A stretch of 63,724 bases of DNA, counting the filler, from Choristocarpus tenellus KU-1152 (Eukaryota; Protista; Phaeophyceae), in the NCBI GenBank assembly GCA_964200185.2. It is 12 parts of 12 records of this genome, joined end to end, with 100 filler letters (N's around TTAATTAATTAA, not from the genome) between each part and the next. Parts side by side here need not be neighbours in the genome. Positions count along the whole stretch, not along the records: positions 32,304 to 39,204 come from CAXNAD020007109.1; positions 39,305 to 42,691 come from CAXNAD020020382.1; positions 42,792 to 45,406 come from CAXNAD020026252.1; positions 45,507 to 48,134 come from CAXNAD020026145.1; positions 48,235 to 60,778 come from CAXNAD020001800.1; 7 more parts are not named here. One strand, written 5' to 3'. Each line of letters begins with the position of its first letter. Position 1 is the first letter of the stretch. Shown here piece by piece: positions 38,166 to 49,269 of this stretch. The notes beneath the pieces are model-generated. The model saw only the letters and a program-made list of their open reading frames with translations, searched no databases and had not been told where the DNA came from. The position numbers were made by a program, and so were the translations under genes.

Positions 38166-39119
38166 AGAGGCCTGCGGTGAACTGCAACAAACTCCAGGAA
38201 GCAATGCTAGTATTGCGTCTGTACCCTGCAAAAATGTTATTGTACATGTTCGTTATGAAGTATGAGTGTTATCATTTATCAATAGATGATTTGTTCATGG
38301 AGGGATCTATGTGTCATGTTTGATCTATGGTAATAAGAAGGCTCTTTTTTTGCACAATTGAGAGTCTTGTGCCTTTCTTGGGTATATTCTCTGTCCTGCA
38401 GTGTTACTTTTCTTCCTCCTCTATAACAAAGTCTGTAAAATGTCAGTGTGCACAAAATAATGTTGTCATGTAGTAGGGGCAGCAATTGGTTGTTCGAGAT
38501 ATATACTCGAGAGTGTGTGTACCTCTGTACATGTACTAGTCGCTTGGCTGTATACGGATTGATGGATAGTGATCTTGCTGCCACACCACATAAGAATTTA
38601 TTAGACCTGGTCCATATCAATTGTAACACGCAGTTCTCGATTAATGTCGGTGCTTTGGACTGACATGGTTTGCACAGATGACAATCCAATGTAGCGACCC
38701 TTCCATGCATGAAAAGGAGAGTAATAGTGACCATACCGCCTTAGCCAGATAAGGTATAAAATAGGCAAGGTCACTTCACGTACATATGTGTGCTTGTATG
38801 TTAAATCAAATTTTGGTTGTGCATACACGTCTATATATGACAACGTAAGATGAATAGACCTGGCCGGGTGGATGGAGTCGCGCTAACCATCAGTCAAATT
38901 TCGTGTACTTTCCTCAGTACAAACCACCAGTGCTGGAAGACTACATCGAAACAGAAGGTTTCAACACCTTGAGTGGCGTCTATACTTATATATTGTATGG
39001 TCTATAATATTGATGTTTCTGAGGTCCACAAAAGTATCATCACATGTATAAATAGATACACCTTAACGGAAACGTGTCTTGTCTCAACCTGACTTGTTTC
39101 TGCACGCAACATTTGTTGT

Positions 39120-39204
39120 GGCTCAAACGTATCTGGGGGGGGGGGGGGGGGCGGGGTGTCCATTGGGGGGCAATTTTTCTTTTCGGGTTTTTTGGGGGGT
39201 TTGG
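39120..39204 (+). mobile_element. MITE family B, truncated at contig end (also 48116-48134)
   Basis: GGCTCAAACGTATCT-G run-GTCCATTGGGG. Confidence 0.75.
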
Positions 39205-39474
39205 NNNNNNNNNNNNNNNNNNNNNNNNNNNNNNNNNNNNNNNNNNNNTTAATTAATTAANNNNNNNNNNNNNNNNNNNNNNNNNNNNNNNNNNNNNNNN
39301 NNNNCCTCCCCCAACCCCCCCCACTACACATACACCCCACAAATATAAATATATAATACTTCTCCCTCTGTCCAACATCAGTTTCAACTTTTTGCAGGGC
39401 CGGCTAAAAAATCCCCCATATATATATTTTTTTTTCATGAGCAAGGAATAAGTAAACCAAGTCAGACTTCACTG

Positions 39475-39525
39475 ACATCTTAGGGTACAATGACATCTTA
39501 AGGTACTTTGACATCATAGGGTAAC
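39475..39525. repeat. 18-bp tandem repeat, 3 units (TGACATCTTAGGGTACAA)
   Basis: Directly visible in the sequence. Confidence 0.75.
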
Positions 39526-40077
39526 CATCGCAACGAGTTCTTGCACCACTCCCTCAACAAACAAAAAAAATCAGATTAAAAAAAAAAAGGAGTTCCCTTT
39601 CCTTTATCAACTCAACCGTAAAGTGTTTGAACTGATGCTGAAGAGAAGAGAAGAAGCACACGCATCAATGCACAAAAACCCTCACATCAATGTATAGTGG
39701 CATGCCCACAGGCTGATCCAGAAATCTCCCAAATTTCCTTCAAGAGCAAAATCGGTATAGTTGATAGGTGGAGTGGTATAACATGGATAACCTGTTGATG
39801 ATATTTCCTCCGATGGAAAAATAATAAACTAATTTATTCACAAACATACATGTAGTACTAATCGTCAATAGTTTCTTAGGTGGTCATGTGTCATGGCATG
39901 CCAACTAAACCATAACCCTAACATATTTTCAAATTAATGCTGCTACCAATGCACGTAATTGTATTTTTACTAGTATTATTATTATCATCATCATCAACAC
40001 AGGGTAGGATCCACAAGAATATTGGACTTAGCCTTCACCAAATTTTATTTCTTTAAATGAAGGCAAGTGTATGTCAT

Positions 40078-40258
40078 ATTATTGCTATTACTGTTATTTT
40101 TATTATTATCATTACCAATATTATTACTATACTATTATTATTTTCATTATTACTATTATTTTCATTATTATTATTTTTTTATCATTACCAATATTATTAC
40201 TATACTATTATTATTTTCATTATTATTATTTTCATTATTATTATTTTTATTATCATTA
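40078..40258. repeat. (ATT)n-derived degenerate microsatellite
   Basis: Directly visible in the sequence. Confidence 0.9.
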
Positions 40259-40589
40259 GTGCCACCTCGCCCAGTATTGTCTACACATCCTTATTTCTCA
40301 CTGTCATAGGGATGAGGTGATCAAAAGAGCTGTGGGAATTGAGAGCTTCAATAGACCCTACTTTTAACTAAAGAAATCCAACATGCATACCATTACACCA
40401 TCACAGACACACACACACCAATCCCCCCTCTCCTCAAAAAAAACTCTATAAAACTGAGAATAATTACCTCTAACAGTAGTGAGTACACTCTACGTCCAAG
40501 TCATTATTCATAACGTGGCGGAAAGAATTTTCATCAGTTAGACAACAGAATAATATTCTTGGAACCCTTTTACGAAAAGAAGATTGTGC

Positions 40590-41015
40590 GTAAGAAATTG
40601 CTTCTTTTGCAGAGAGGATCAAAATATATTGTTCTGTTCTTCACGGAACAGTATCAGCAAAAATATATATTATTCTTCTGTAAACATTTCTGTGTAAGAA
40701 ATCACTTCTTTTGCAGAGAGGAGCAAAAATATATTGTTCTGTTCTTCACGGAACAGTATCAGCAAAAAATATATCCTTCTGTAAACATTTCTGCGTAAGA
40801 AATCGCTTCGTTTGCAGAGAGGAGCAAAATAATATTGTTCTGCTCTTCACGGAACAGCATCAGCAAAAAATATATATATTCTTTTGTAAATATTTCTGTG
40901 TAAGAAATCGCGTCTTTTGCGGAGAGAGAGCAAAATATATATATATATATGTATTATTGTCTGTTCTTTGCGTAACAGTATCAGTAAAAAAAAAAATCCC
41001 TCGAGAACGTTTCCG
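40590..41015. repeat. Tandem repeat of about 100-105 bp, about 4 units
   Basis: Units start GTAAGAAAT at 40590, 40694, 40795 and 40900. The first three contain the hairpin CTGTTC-TTCACG-GAACAG or a close variant. Confidence 0.9.
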
Positions 41016-41415
41016 CGTGAGAACAGTTTGGGGCTGTGCTAAGCAAGCGTAGTAGGAAGAAAATAAAATATCATTTTATTTATTATTGTCAGGTGTAAGC
41101 CCCCCCCCCCCACATGGAGCGAGCATGCTCACAGCATTCAAGAGGTGAAAACAGACTAGTCACGTGTAGAGCAAGTGGACAAACGAGTTGATGGTTGAAA
41201 GTAGAGCGCTAACCACTAAAATAGTGTGTCCCTTGGTGGAAAGGATGGGATGCTCATCTCAGGTAGATGAGTTTGCTTCTCCCTGTTCCTTCTCACTGCC
41301 CTACCGAGGAAATTAAATCAAACAGTCAGTATCATATTTTGTACACAAAAGGTCCCTGGAAGTACCAGCATCTTATCTCAGAACGGTTCTTCCCAAAATG
41401 GTGTTCAAGTCCACA

Positions 41416-41447
<32 letters not shown>

Positions 41448-41969
41448 TCAATCAACCTACATCCCAGTTTTTATTACCCAGATACGACATTTTCTTTTTG
41501 TTCTATGCGAATTGTTTTATTTTTTTATATGGGCAGTTCATGCGTTTTATAAAACACTGAAAAGAAAAGAAAAGAAAAGAAAAAGAAGAAGCGAGTCACT
41601 CCACCTCCTCAAAAGGACAAAAGGAGTTGCCATGTGTGACTTGAAAAGAGTCTCTTTTTAAAACAGTAATGGTAGGATTTGAAATAACAACGACGACCAC
41701 GGAGATGACAAATTGACATCTGTGTCAGCTGACTACCATCTCTACTTTCGTTTTTTTTTTAATTTCTACATGACTCATCGAATATTGCTAGAATTATTAC
41801 TATTATCTGAAAATATATTTTTCACAAAATACTTTTTAGTTTAGCTTCTTGTTCTAGTGTTTGTTTGTAGGTTAAAAACTATCAATTGTTGACATGTTCC
41901 AATGTGAACACTCAGGAATAGCTCAACTAAAAAAACATATACATGAATATATAGAGATAAATAAATATA

Positions 41970-42277
41970 CACATACAGATAAATATGCATATCTTATCAT
42001 ATACAGATAAATATGTGTATCTTATCATATACAGATAAATATGTGTATCTTACCATATACAGATAAATATGTGTATCTTACTATATACAGATAAATATGT
42101 GTATCTTACCATATACAGATAAATATGTGTATCTTACCATATACAGATAAATATGTGTATCTTACCATATACAGATAAATATGTGTATCTTACTATATAC
42201 AGATAAATATGTGTATCTTACTATATACAGATAAATATGTGTATCTTACTATATACAGATATATATGTGTATCTTAC
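41970..42277. repeat. 28-bp minisatellite, about 11 units (ATATACAGATAAATATGTGTATCTTACY)
   Basis: Near-identical head-to-tail units with no spacers. Confidence 0.95.
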
Positions 42278-42326
42278 CTGGTCGCTGCATTCGCAGCCTA
42301 TCAACTAGCCGCACCAGGAAATGACA
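42278..42326 (-). CDS. Probable 49-nt internal exon (CHFLVRLVDRLRMQRP)
   Basis: ctcactcag|...CCAG|gtaaga. An island of complex sequence between two satellites. Confidence 0.5.
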
Positions 42327-42334
42327 CTGAGTGA

Positions 42335-42576
42335 GTCCCAGTCCAGTTCCATTCCCAGTCCATGCCCAAGCCCAAGCCCAAGCCCAAGCCCAAGTCCAAG
42401 TTCAAGTTCAAGTCCCAATCCAAGTCCCATTCCCAGTCCAAATCCAAGTCCAGTCCAAGTCCAGTCCAAGTCCAGTCCAAGTCCAGTCCAAGTCCCAATC
42501 CAAGTTCCAGCCACAATCCCAATTCAGGTCCAAGTTCCAGCCACAATCCCAATTCAGGTCCAAGTTCCAGTCCCAG
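42335..42576. repeat. CCAAGT/CCAGT/CCCAAG-type compound microsatellite
   Basis: Directly visible. It explains the low-complexity ORFs in all frames here. Confidence 0.9.
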
Positions 42577-44574
42577 TTGTGACCCAACAAAAACCAAAGC
42601 ACAAAGAAGAAGAAGAGATATGATTATGACAAATACATCACAGAATGAGAAACACCCCCCATGTGGTGGTGGTGGTGGGGTGGGGGGTGGGNNNNNNNNN
42701 NNNNNNNNNNNNNNNNNNNNNNNNNNNNNNNNNNNTTAATTAATTAANNNNNNNNNNNNNNNNNNNNNNNNNNNNNNNNNNNNNNNNNNNNCCTCCGCGC
42801 ACAAAAAAGGCAAAAAAAGAAAAAGAAAAAAAGTCTCCCACCATTTTTTTTTTTTCGGTTTCTCATTATAGGCGGATCCGAAGCCATCGACAGTGAAGTA
42901 GTGTATAGTGAGTTGCATGGGGTAGTAGTGAGTGATGCTTTGTGATAATTTTGTGGCTTGTTTGTTTGTTTGTGATCTCTGATGTGTAGTAGAGTAGTCG
43001 CACTGTAATATTTTTCTTTTTTAATGCCCAACCAATTAACCAAATTTTTTTGCAGTTAAGTTTTTTTGTTTGTTCCAATTGAACCGTCGCGATGCGCAAG
43101 ACTATATTTTTTTTGTAAGGGCTCTGTGAGTGTAAAGTGTGATGTTAGAGTTTTGTCTTATTTTAGTAATGGTAACCTAACTGCACTACTACTGTTATTA
43201 TTATTGATAAAATGCTCGTGTTACGGATAGGTTTTTACTTATTTTTGATACATATATTAAAAAGCGATACAAAATGTATTTATGCGTGACTCTTCAAAAA
43301 TGTTATATTTTTTGTTGTGTATGTGTGTGTTTGTGTAAAAGCGCGATTCAATTGGTTGGTCAGATACTTGCCTCTTTTTTTTATTTTCAATGTTGTTGTG
43401 ACTCCTACCAATTTCCATCGCCTCGCTTCGCTCCATCAAAGACCTAATCAGTACCATTTCTGTCCAAATCTTGCGATCAGTCCCTTGTTTTTTTCTCAAA
43501 TAGATCATGTGCTAAGCGCACTCTGCTAGAGATTTCCTCCCAAAAAGCAGTGGTCCAGAGTTCCCACCTCTCACGCCATAGATTTTTTTCAATACTTTTT
43601 GTTACTGACTGATGGTTGCTGGGCGCGGGCTGTGGACCGGACCTTTGGCTCGGACCGTGGTCCGGACCGTGGTCCGGACCTTGCGGCTCGGGCTGTGGAC
43701 TGGACCAGGCGTCGAGCTGTGTCTGTACCTGATGGGTGTTTGCTCGTGCAGGCGGGTAAGCAGCTCGAGATGGTCACTGGAGGGCATGTTCTGGCTGGTT
43801 TCCATGAGGTGTGTATGCGTGTGTGTTCTTTGAAGGTGGAGCATTGATGTTTTGTACGAGCGTAGTGACGAGTTTTTGTTGATACTTGCATTGATTTTGA
43901 AGTGGGTTGATACTAACAATCAGTGTGCAGTGAGTGTGATGTATGTATGTATTATTATTATTATTATTGTTTGAAGCCGAAGTGCTTTGGGAGAGGGAGA
44001 AGTGGTGTGATAGGACGAGGGAGAAATTTGTTGTGGTAACTAAATAGTTAAACTGGGGTTTTGTTTATTTTAAAAATATATATATTTTGCATTTTTTTTT
44101 GTAGATATTTTTGATGTTTTGAGTAGTGTTGTACTGCTGCAGTCTTGAAATATTTTTACTATATTTCAGTATGAGTCACACAGGCTCAATGTGTACAAAC
44201 CCCGCTATGGACACAATTGTCAGTTTTTTTCTTCAACAATATGTATGTGCAGTTACAATGCTACTGCAGAAGTTCCAGGTATGTTCAAAAAGACCATACA
44301 ATAGAGGGAGTTCCAGTTTTGGTTTGTGTGAACTGCTGGCAATGGTCAGTACTAATGTGCTCTACAAACTGCAGAAGTGGAAGATGTATGTTTGGTGTTG
44401 ATGGTTTTCACATGTGGTAGAAATTGGGGTGCGGTTCTCAACAAGTATTCCATCACTTTGTTGGGTGAGGGGTGAGGGGGGGAGGTTATCAATATACAGA
44501 GCTTTTTTTGGTGGATCTATAACCTTACAATCCCAAGTAGTATTTTTGAAGTATTGTGGCACACTTGGCTTGTA

Positions 44575-44598
44575 TGGGTTAGGGTTAGGGTTAGGGTA
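44575..44598 (+). repeat. Interstitial telomere-like (TTAGGG)n tract (also about 27589-27608 and 56973-56988 on the minus strand)
   Basis: GGGTTAGGGTTAGGGTTAGGGT. Confidence 0.7.
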
Positions 44599-46254
44599 AA
44601 TCACTGACTGAGGCATTTGCTGTTCCTTCTCTGTTATTCTTTGGCAGCGTCAATGGCAACAAATGTATGACTGGAAGGTTTTTGTGAAGATAATTTTTGT
44701 CTTTCTCCATTTGATGAAAGCTTGAATAGTTCAACGAGCCTTTGATTCATGCTACTACAAAATAAAATATACTTTGGAGTGTGAAAAGGCAACCTTTCAA
44801 CCAATTAAGGTAGTCGTAAAACAGAATCTATTCTGCATGTCACATTGAGATGAACAGATGCATTCTTCATCCTACAAAACTCCCTACCACCTTCATTTTC
44901 GAATTGCACCTTCCTGGACAGAATTCAATGCCTCAACAGTCATTATATATATGTATATTCCTGAATCCAATTGGTCGTTTCTTTTGTGCATCCCTTGTAC
45001 AGGTGGCAGTGAGTGAGGCTACAGTTGACATTATCGCCAGGAGAAAGGAATGTAACCTGCCACTATGGAGGGTATCCTCTACCTGTTTTGCACATGTTGC
45101 CTCTGACAAGGTTATTTCAATCTCAAGAATAATTGCTTAATATTTTAGTGACATAGTTTGCACCCTTCTACATATAATGTCACAAACATGCCACACACTC
45201 TTTTTTCTGGTATACGATATTTTCATTTTTAACTAGAAAATGACTGCAGTGGGGAGATTTCCAGGGGAAAAGCATTGTGTTGGGTCATGTTAACATTTGC
45301 ACTAAGTATTGCTTTCGCGCCATGCCCCCCCCGCCCCCCCCCCCCCCCCCCCCCCCCTCCCTGCTCTTCCCCCTGCTCCTCCCACCCCCCCCCCCACCCT
45401 CCACCTNNNNNNNNNNNNNNNNNNNNNNNNNNNNNNNNNNNNNNNNNNNNTTAATTAATTAANNNNNNNNNNNNNNNNNNNNNNNNNNNNNNNNNNNNNN
45501 NNNNNNTGGCTTAACTTCCCCTTGCTTCCCACCCCCATGTGCATTGTGTTTTTTTTTTTGGCTGATGGGGTGCTTCCTGTTAAAGCCACTGTGGACTCCA
45601 AATGTTTTGACCCTGAAGCTTCTTGCTGATCAGTGGGTTGATGTGCCCCCCGGAGGAAACACAGTTATAAAAATTGTTTCCATCAACACCGGTGCAGGCG
45701 TTATCACCTTCCCAGGTGGGTTGAACTAGGTTAGGGTTGTCCCTGGTGTTGAGTTTGTTGCTACCTGTGTGGGGGTCGTTGAGGGGATTGGTTAACAGGA
45801 CGGGGTCCATGGATAGGGTGTAGGATGGAGGGGGATGTAGGTGAAGTTTGCTTCTGATTAGTTTTTCTTCTTCTTCATGGAACTGAAGTTATTGTTCAGC
45901 ATCACTTGAGTGTTATCAGGCATTTTGAGTTTTTCAACAAATGGATTGAATGAAGAAATAATGCAGGAAAAGAATGTAGTGATGTGGATCGTAGAGATGA
46001 GAAACCATATTATTGTTTGCGGGCCCTTTTTTTGTCCCGTTGGAATGGTGCATAGTGGTTTCTTCTTTTTTTGAGGTGGTAATATTCTGGGATTGTTCTT
46101 GTGGAGTGAGTAGTGATGTTTGTATTGATTTTTTTGGGATTTGAATGTGAGATTTCTGTGGTATTTTTTGTTTCTAATGTACTGTGTATTAGGTTACATT
46201 TAAAAAATTGTTTTTTCATGTTTTTTGTGTTAATGTTCTGGTTGTCTAAAAAAG

Positions 46255-47905
46255 ATGGTGGTATCGAGATCGCCACAGTACAGGAGGATAGCACCACGGC
46301 ACTCTGTGAGGATAGCTGTATCTATGCGGATGATGGCACCTGTGATGAGCCTAGTACGGTAAGCTTCTAATCGCTTGTTTGGAGGGGATGGATTGATCAG
46401 TTTTTGCTTGTGTATGTATCCCATCATGCTTTGAGCCGGGAATCAACTTTATCTTGTTTCCCGACTGTGTGTCCTGTGAGGCGGTGAAAGGGAAGGGGAG
46501 ATGTTTTGCTACAAGGATAGGTGGTGGTGTTGGAGTAGTTAAGTACAGTGTTGATTAGGTCTTCTGCTAGGAATGCCTTCCAACATTTATCAATATAAAA
46601 TACAGACATAAATATATACGTACATAATATGTATATTTGGAAGCCTGTGAACAGTCAGATGTCCTGAGGGGAAAAATATATCTGGAATTTTTTTTTATCT
46701 GGGTCGCTCTCTTGGCTATTTTTTTGTCGGACAGGGAATGTCCAACTACGGATACGGCAGCAGCAGCAGCAGTTACGGTTCATGGGCGAACCGAGGGTGG
46801 GGACTCTCTGATGATGCCAACTACTACCAACTCAGTGATTATAGCAGCCCGTAAGTTGTTTTGTTTTTTGATTTTAACTTTCAAGTTTTTTTTTTCTGTG
46901 TACGGAAGGGTCTGTGATTTTTCCGTTGCACGTAGTACTTCCAATGCTGAAATGTTTTCTTAGCATGTCATCGTTTAAAAAAATAAATTGTTCTTTTGTG
47001 TGTGTGTGTTTGTTTACTCGTTTGTTGATATTATTTTTATTGTTTTGTCCCCTGTTTTGAGTGCTCGCTCTCGTTTGATTCGTGTAACATCATTTAATTT
47101 TTTGTGATCAGTCCTTTCCTGTCATTAATTACCACCACAGCTTGCTTTCATTGTGCAATGGGTAGTTAGGAAGTGTTGACGTTTATCTGAACTGCCTTGT
47201 ACTGTTGTAACATTGGCAAGGCGTTGGCCGTTAGTGGTATATATCCTACGAAGTTTACTACATGGCTGCTCCCAAGTTCCTCACCTGTCTGAGTTTACGC
47301 CTTATCCCTTTTTTAGTAACTCCTCTTATCCCCTCCTTGCACCGGTGTGCGGGTGGATTGTGTTGTCAACGGTTTTTGTTCTGACTGGTCCTTTCTGGCT
47401 ACAGCTATCAATACGCTGGGTACACAACCACGTTTGTGTATGGGAGTGGCTATGCGGATGACGGGATGTATATGGGGTCTCCCCCCTGTGAGATTGGTAC
47501 AGACTGTACAGACTGCAACGTTCAGGTATGCTTTGTTTATGTGTGTTTATGGTATACTCCATGATGCTATTGTGAATCTGCGGAGAGGGATAGATATGGT
47601 TCGAAGACAGTTATCTTGTTTCCTCTAATTCCACTTCCCCCCCCTCCCCTTAACTTCCCCTAGCCTTTGCAGTGTAGAAATATGGTCTCAATGTCAACTT
47701 TGCCATGTCCCCCCTTCCTCTCTCCGCTCTCTGCTCTCACATTATGTTTGTGTTGGGATTGATGTTTTAAACGGTCACCTGGGACTATGGAAAAAAAAAG
47801 ATGGTGACGGAGGGATCATGCACTAACACGTGCATGTACGCAAGGGATGGCATGTGTGACGACCCTCGCCTAGGCGGGACCTGTGCGTCGGGGACAGACT
47901 GCCAG
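46255..47905 (+). CDS. Cys-rich repeat protein (CxxxCxYAxDGxCD...CxxGTDCxDC), 4 internal exons (46255-46358, 46735-46850, 47405-47525, 47801-47905); partial
   Basis: Phase-consistent splicing gives CEDSCIYADDGTCDE-(Y/G/S-rich)-CEIGTDCTDC and CTNTCMYARDGMCDDPRLGGTCASGTDCQ. Confidence 0.75.
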
Positions 47906-48268
47906 GTTTGGTAGAGAATTGGGAGATTGAGATGTGTGTAGGTGGGGTGGGGGAGACAACTGTTGTGTACAGTGTGGTTCTACAGATACATTTTTGGCAA
48001 CTTGTAAATCTCTACTGTGAGAAAAGTCACACGTTCCAGATAAGAACCTACGAGTGCTTGTTGATTTCCCATGGTTTTAGGTGTTCTGGGCTGTTGATGG
48101 AAATGGACTGCGTTGGGGGTCAAAGTATCTGGGGNNNNNNNNNNNNNNNNNNNNNNNNNNNNNNNNNNNNNNNNNNNNTTAATTAATTAANNNNNNNNNN
48201 NNNNNNNNNNNNNNNNNNNNNNNNNNNNNNNNNNATGGTTGGATAGAAAAAGACTTGTTGTAAGCAAA

Positions 48269-48452
48269 GAACCAAAGTATCTGGGGGGGGGAGTGGGGGA
48301 GGTCTGCACCAGGGTGTCCATTTGGTTCATAACAAGGAGAAGTTCACTTACATTATCCATCTGACGTACGCAACCAAATCACTCAAAAATCACAAAATGA
48401 AAAAATTGGCCCCAAGTGGACAGTTGCCACCCCCTCCCAGATACTTTGAGCC
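48269..48452 (-). mobile_element. MITE family B, full-length copy with AAA TSD
   Basis: aaa|GAACCAAAGTATCTGG ... CCAGATACTTTGAGCC|aaa. Confidence 0.9.
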
Positions 48453-49089
48453 AAAACAGAGCTCCGTTGTTGTTGTCGATATGTTCTTTGCCTCTATCTT
48501 CAACTCATGTTTAATTCCCTCCCAAAATAACATGTCTAAAATGTAAGTGGGACAATGTGAGAAATGTATGGTACTTACTAAAACTAAAGTACCACTACTA
48601 AATGTAATTTTCTACCATGTACTCGAAAGTAATACACATTGTAGAGGAGTTGATAAATATGGTGGGGGTGATTGGTTCTTTTACCGTTCTATGATCCCTC
48701 CTCTTACACTCTTTACGTTACAGGAAGTGGAAGAAACTCTTCCACAAGCAGGTGGAGCTGTACCCCTCATAGCAAGGAGTTGTTGCTATTGTCGTTCACG
48801 CTCCACGCTGTATATGGTTTTCCTAACACAACCAATGTTGACGTCATGGACTTTACCTGTGAAAATATTTTTCCCATTGCCACACAGAATGAAATTGTTA
48901 TCTAACTGAAACTTGATGTTCAGTATGTACCTGCGCCTGAGGTCTCCCGAAAAGACAGAAGGGGATCCACTGAAGTGAAACTGCAGTATCGACCCCAATA
49001 TGTCTTGAAGTAGGTGCCATTAGCGTTATTACGACAAAGGTGGAGGTTAGCGGTGAAAATCGCCTGAAGAGAGACGATACAGGGACTTG

Positions 49090-49269
49090 GGGTTGGAAGT
49101 ATCTGGGGGATGGTGACTGCTGTACATTCAGGGCCCATTTTTCCATGTCACAATTTTTGGGTGATTTGGTCGCATGCGTCGGATAGATAATGGAAGTTCA
49201 CTTCTTTTGGTCAGGGCCCGAAAGGACACCCTGGTGTAGACCGCCCCCCCGCCCCAGATACTTTGAGCC
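49090..49269 (+). mobile_element. MITE family B, full-length copy (probable TTG TSD)
   Basis: ttg|GGGTTGGAAGTATCTGG ... CCAGATACTTTGAGCC|ttg. Confidence 0.85.

Noticed and set aside
40057-40320. Hydrophobic I/L/Y-rich ORFs
   Set aside because: Translation of an (ATT)n microsatellite.
41970-42277. 28-bp repeats as a CRISPR array
   Set aside because: No unique spacers, no cas genes, and an intronic eukaryotic context.
42301-42739. PS/QV/LG-repeat ORFs in all frames
   Set aside because: Translation of a microsatellite.
44217-44420. Cys-rich short ORF as a zinc finger
   Set aside because: No splice support and no clear ligand spacing.
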